From IMG/VR virus record IMGVR_UViG_3300025470_000072, positions 1 through 26,810 of that record: 26,810 nucleotides of DNA; one strand, given 5' to 3'. The DNA comes from a virus. Lineage: Duplodnaviria > Caudoviricetes. The notes under the pieces were generated by a model. That model did not search any database. It saw only the letters and a list, made by a program, of their open reading frames with translations, and was not told where the DNA came from. Made by a program: the position numbers and the translations under genes. This document shows positions 24,479 through 26,810 of the stretch, piece after piece. The stretch's first letter is position 1. Each line of letters begins with the position of its first letter.

Positions 24479-24595
24479 TTATGCGCCAACTTTGTCGCAA
24501 TAATCGCGCTCAAATTGCGCTCTGCGCTCTGCAAGCATTTGCTTAATTTGTGCTACTAATTCAGCAGTTGAAAGTTCTTCAAGATTTGTAGCCAT
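24479..24595 (-). CDS. Small helical early protein, 38 aa
   Basis: MATNLEELSTAELVAQIKQMLAERRAQFERDYCDKVGA; GGAGG SD, own promoter and terminator. Confidence 0.7.
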   Translation of the reverse strand: MATNLEELSTAELVAQIKQMLAERRAQFERDYCDKVGA

Positions 24596-24638
24596 TTCGA
24601 TTCCTCCAGAATCTTGAGCGCCGTTCGCTCATGTCTTA

Positions 24639-24667
24639 AAGATATACTTCCGCTAACCTCAAGTCAA
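24639..24667 (-). promoter_or_regulatory. Sigma70/SigA-type early promoter
   Basis: TTGACT-17-TATCTT, then a GAGCG-AACGG-CGCTC hairpin and an SD. Confidence 0.7.
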
Positions 24668-24755
24668 GGATATTCAGCCAAATCTTAAAAAAATTTTGTG
24701 ATTTAGCCCACACTCCTCACGGAGCGTAAATGGGCGGGGTTTTCGAACAGATGTT

Positions 24756-25784
24756 CTAATCTAGCCAAACCTGATATTGCGCCGTTACGCGCCCCTTGAG
24801 GGGATCAACGAAGTGGAGTCGCTGGCTAGGCATCCCTGACGCAGCCATAGAGTCTCTAGCGTATCGGTTGTCAGACTCGGTAGAACCTGTCCAGTAAAGG
24901 TTAAAGTTCTTTTGAATCGGCTCTTGTGCGTGACGGTGGTAGTGCCCCAAATATATGTCGTGGAAATCGTAATCATGCGCTCCAGCTTTCCAACGGTTAG
25001 CTCCTGCAATCCACGCGGCAGGTGAGGCGAATCCACTACGACCGAGTTCGTCTCCATGCATGAGTAAAGCACGATAGTTGCCAACTTCCACCTCTTGAAT
25101 ATCTTCTGGGCAATCTTCCCAAGTTAATCGTTTTTCACCTGCAAGAATTTGGCGAGACATTTCATAGACCATACGATCCACATTGTCGCTCTTAGGAACT
25201 TCGGCGCGTTTGCCACCAATACGACCGTGATTACCCCACTCAGCAACAACAGTTACCTTGTCAAAGTTGGCGAGCATAACCCGAACGAAGTCCACGCAGA
25301 GCCGAGAGACTTGTGTGAATTGTCCAAAGAGTGATGCGTCAATCTGCCAGAGTTGCGCCGGGTAGTTGAACAAGCCCTCAACCATGTCGCCACCAAACAT
25401 CACTACGCACTCCCGAACAGGATGATGCTCGCGTTGCAGGTTTGTCAGGTGAACGATTTTGTCGGCGAACTGTAAGACGCGCTTGCGCATAATCTCCGAG
25501 TTGTACGAAGTCGTAACCTTTGCGCCCTGCCAGTCAGTTGAGTGAACAAGTGCCACTTCAGGATTTGCCTTACGAATATCTTTCTTTGGTGCGGCTACTA
25601 GCGGTACTTTGCCCAATGCCAGCATTGCTTCATACGCTCCACGCAAAGTAGCTACCACCAGTTCATCATTGCGAATCTTGGCTTTGGCTAATTGCTTCTG
25701 AGTGTTATTCAAAGCCTTGCGCAGTTCCACAATCTCTGGGTCAAGGTCTTTAAGAGCTTTGTCTAAATCGTTTTCTATGCTCAT
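24756..25784 (-). CDS. Calcineurin-like metallophosphoesterase (nuclease-like) with N-terminal coiled coil
   Basis: TDWQ, GDMVEG, GNHG, HGD, GHYH motifs. Confidence 0.85.
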   Translation of the reverse strand: MSIENDLDKALKDLDPEIVELRKALNNTQKQLAKAKIRNDELVVATLRGAYEAMLALGKVPLVAAPKKDIRKANPEVALVHSTDWQGAKVTTSYNSEIMRKRVLQFADKIVHLTNLQREHHPVRECVVMFGGDMVEGLFNYPAQLWQIDASLFGQFTQVSRLCVDFVRVMLANFDKVTVVAEWGNHGRIGGKRAEVPKSDNVDRMVYEMSRQILAGEKRLTWEDCPEDIQEVEVGNYRALLMHGDELGRSGFASPAAWIAGANRWKAGAHDYDFHDIYLGHYHRHAQEPIQKNFNLYWTGSTESDNRYARDSMAASGMPSQRLHFVDPLKGRVTAQYQVWLD

Positions 25785-26032
25785 TGAAAGCACCGACAGT
25801 CTTTGCGGCGATGTTTATACAACGATGCTTTAGATACTTCGTAACCTTTGTTAATGACAATGTTATGAATACTTGCCACCCCATATTTCGGCGTATCTAA
25901 TAGCTTGTTAAATTTTTCTTTGCTTTCATCGCTCAGCTTTTTTAAGAACTCGCCCACGCTACAAGGAAATCCTGTAACGACTGGACTATTCATTAGTTCT
26001 TCAATAGCAGAAAGAAGCCCCTGCTCATCCAT
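25781..26032 (-). CDS. Small Zn/HTH-like hypothetical protein
   Basis: CSVG...HRRKDCRC; GGAGG SD; ATGA-coupled to the phosphoesterase. Confidence 0.7.
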   Translation of the reverse strand: MDEQGLLSAIEELMNSPVVTGFPCSVGEFLKKLSDESKEKFNKLLDTPKYGVASIHNIVINKGYEVSKASLYKHRRKDCRCFQ

Positions 26033-26081
26033 ATAGCCTCCCTAGAGTTAGGGTAGAGACTACACGAACAAGCAGGGGCTT
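26015..26081 (-). promoter_or_regulatory. RBS-sequestering RNA hairpin
   Basis: 26-bp stem (20 Watson-Crick and 6 G.U pairs) covering the GAGG of the SD and the ATG. Confidence 0.8.
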
Positions 26082-26103
26082 GTCGGTATTGAAAGGGGCG
26101 TGT

Positions 26104-26427
26104 CTAGTGAACGATACCGCTATTGATTTGTATGACCTTCTTTACATCTGTGCCTTCGGGTTGGTAGGAAGGAACTGGCTCGGGAGCTCCCGAATTATTA
26201 TCTTCAATGTTGGCGAGGTATGGGGTCTGAATGTGGGATGTCGGGGTAACATTGGGATTTGCTTCGGCGTTATGCGAGACTAATCCACCAGTCACAAAGC
26301 CAATGAGGATGTAGCCAAGGTGGGGCAGGTCGTGTTGAAAGCCTGTCGCCGCCCATGTGCTAAATGCGCCAGTCATGGCGATTGCTAGTTGCTTGGCATC
26401 AAATATATGAAACTTAAAATGCTTCAT
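26104..26427 (-). CDS. Putative holin
   Basis: Two hydrophobic segments; ATGA-coupled downstream of the endolysin. Confidence 0.55.
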   Translation of the reverse strand: MKHFKFHIFDAKQLAIAMTGAFSTWAATGFQHDLPHLGYILIGFVTGGLVSHNAEANPNVTPTSHIQTPYLANIEDNNSGAPEPVPSYQPEGTDVKKVIQINSGIVH

Positions 26428-26810
26428 AGCGAACCCTTGAGCTGATCATAGATTATCTGTGGGAGCGCGCCTGTAACTTTGATGCCTTCCTTTCCTTCAT
26501 ATTTCACTAAAGCCTGTTCGGTCTGGGTATTCATAATCCCTGTGACATATTGAGCGGGAAGCAGTCCAGCTTTGAGTAAAGCCTTCTCCACCGTCATCAC
26601 GGCATCGTTCTGTTGACCGAGGTTAAAAGCAGTCGCGCTAGTGGGAAATGGCGGGGCAACGAATACTGTTGTGGCTTTGGTTGTAGCGGTTGGCGTAGTA
26701 GTCATTAATCCGCTATGTACGGCCCCTGTAACGCCCGCAACCGCCGTTCCTGTACCCGCTACCGCAGCAGTCGCTTTCTTGCTTGTAACGCCCTTAGAAA
26801 CGGGTTTTAG
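26424..26810 (-). CDS. Endolysin C-terminal part with peptidoglycan-binding domain (partial)
   Basis: Frame is open from the window edge. GQQNDAVMTVEKAL...TGIM...T..AL....GIKVTG is a PG_binding_1-like pattern. Confidence 0.7.
   Translation of the reverse strand, partial: LKPVSKGVTSKKATAAVAGTGTAVAGVTGAVHSGLMTTTPTATTKATTVFVAPPFPTSATAFNLGQQNDAVMTVEKALLKAGLLPAQYVTGIMNTQTEQALVKYEGKEGIKVTGALPQIIYDQLKGSL

Overview
A 26.8 kb segment of a tailed dsDNA phage with a probable actinobacterial host (WhiB-like regulator, Rpf/Apf-like secreted transglycosylase, leaderless-type genes). Nearly all genes are on the minus strand. In transcription order (right to left): endolysin C-terminus and holin; a metallophosphoesterase operon; early and recombination genes (SSAP-like, Mom-like, Cas4-like nuclease, HTH-WhiB, a split C5-methyltransferase); a replication initiator with internal iterons, helicase loader and RusA; small accessory genes; a secreted transglycosylase; an HslV-like protease, HNH nuclease, SSB, ParB-methyltransferase, terS and terL; a 7-gene fibre and glycan-enzyme block; then portal. 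The most unusual signals are regulatory. (1) A multi-hairpin element after the transglycosylase gene has loops complementary to motifs in several early-gene leaders (candidate trans-acting anti-RBS sRNA). (2) Two coupled uORFs lead into a CTG start. (3) A 26-bp G.U-rich stem sequesters an RBS and start codon. (4) A three-frame C5-MTase locus carries a catalytic E-to-K change. All product calls come from motif recognition by eye; no database searches were run.
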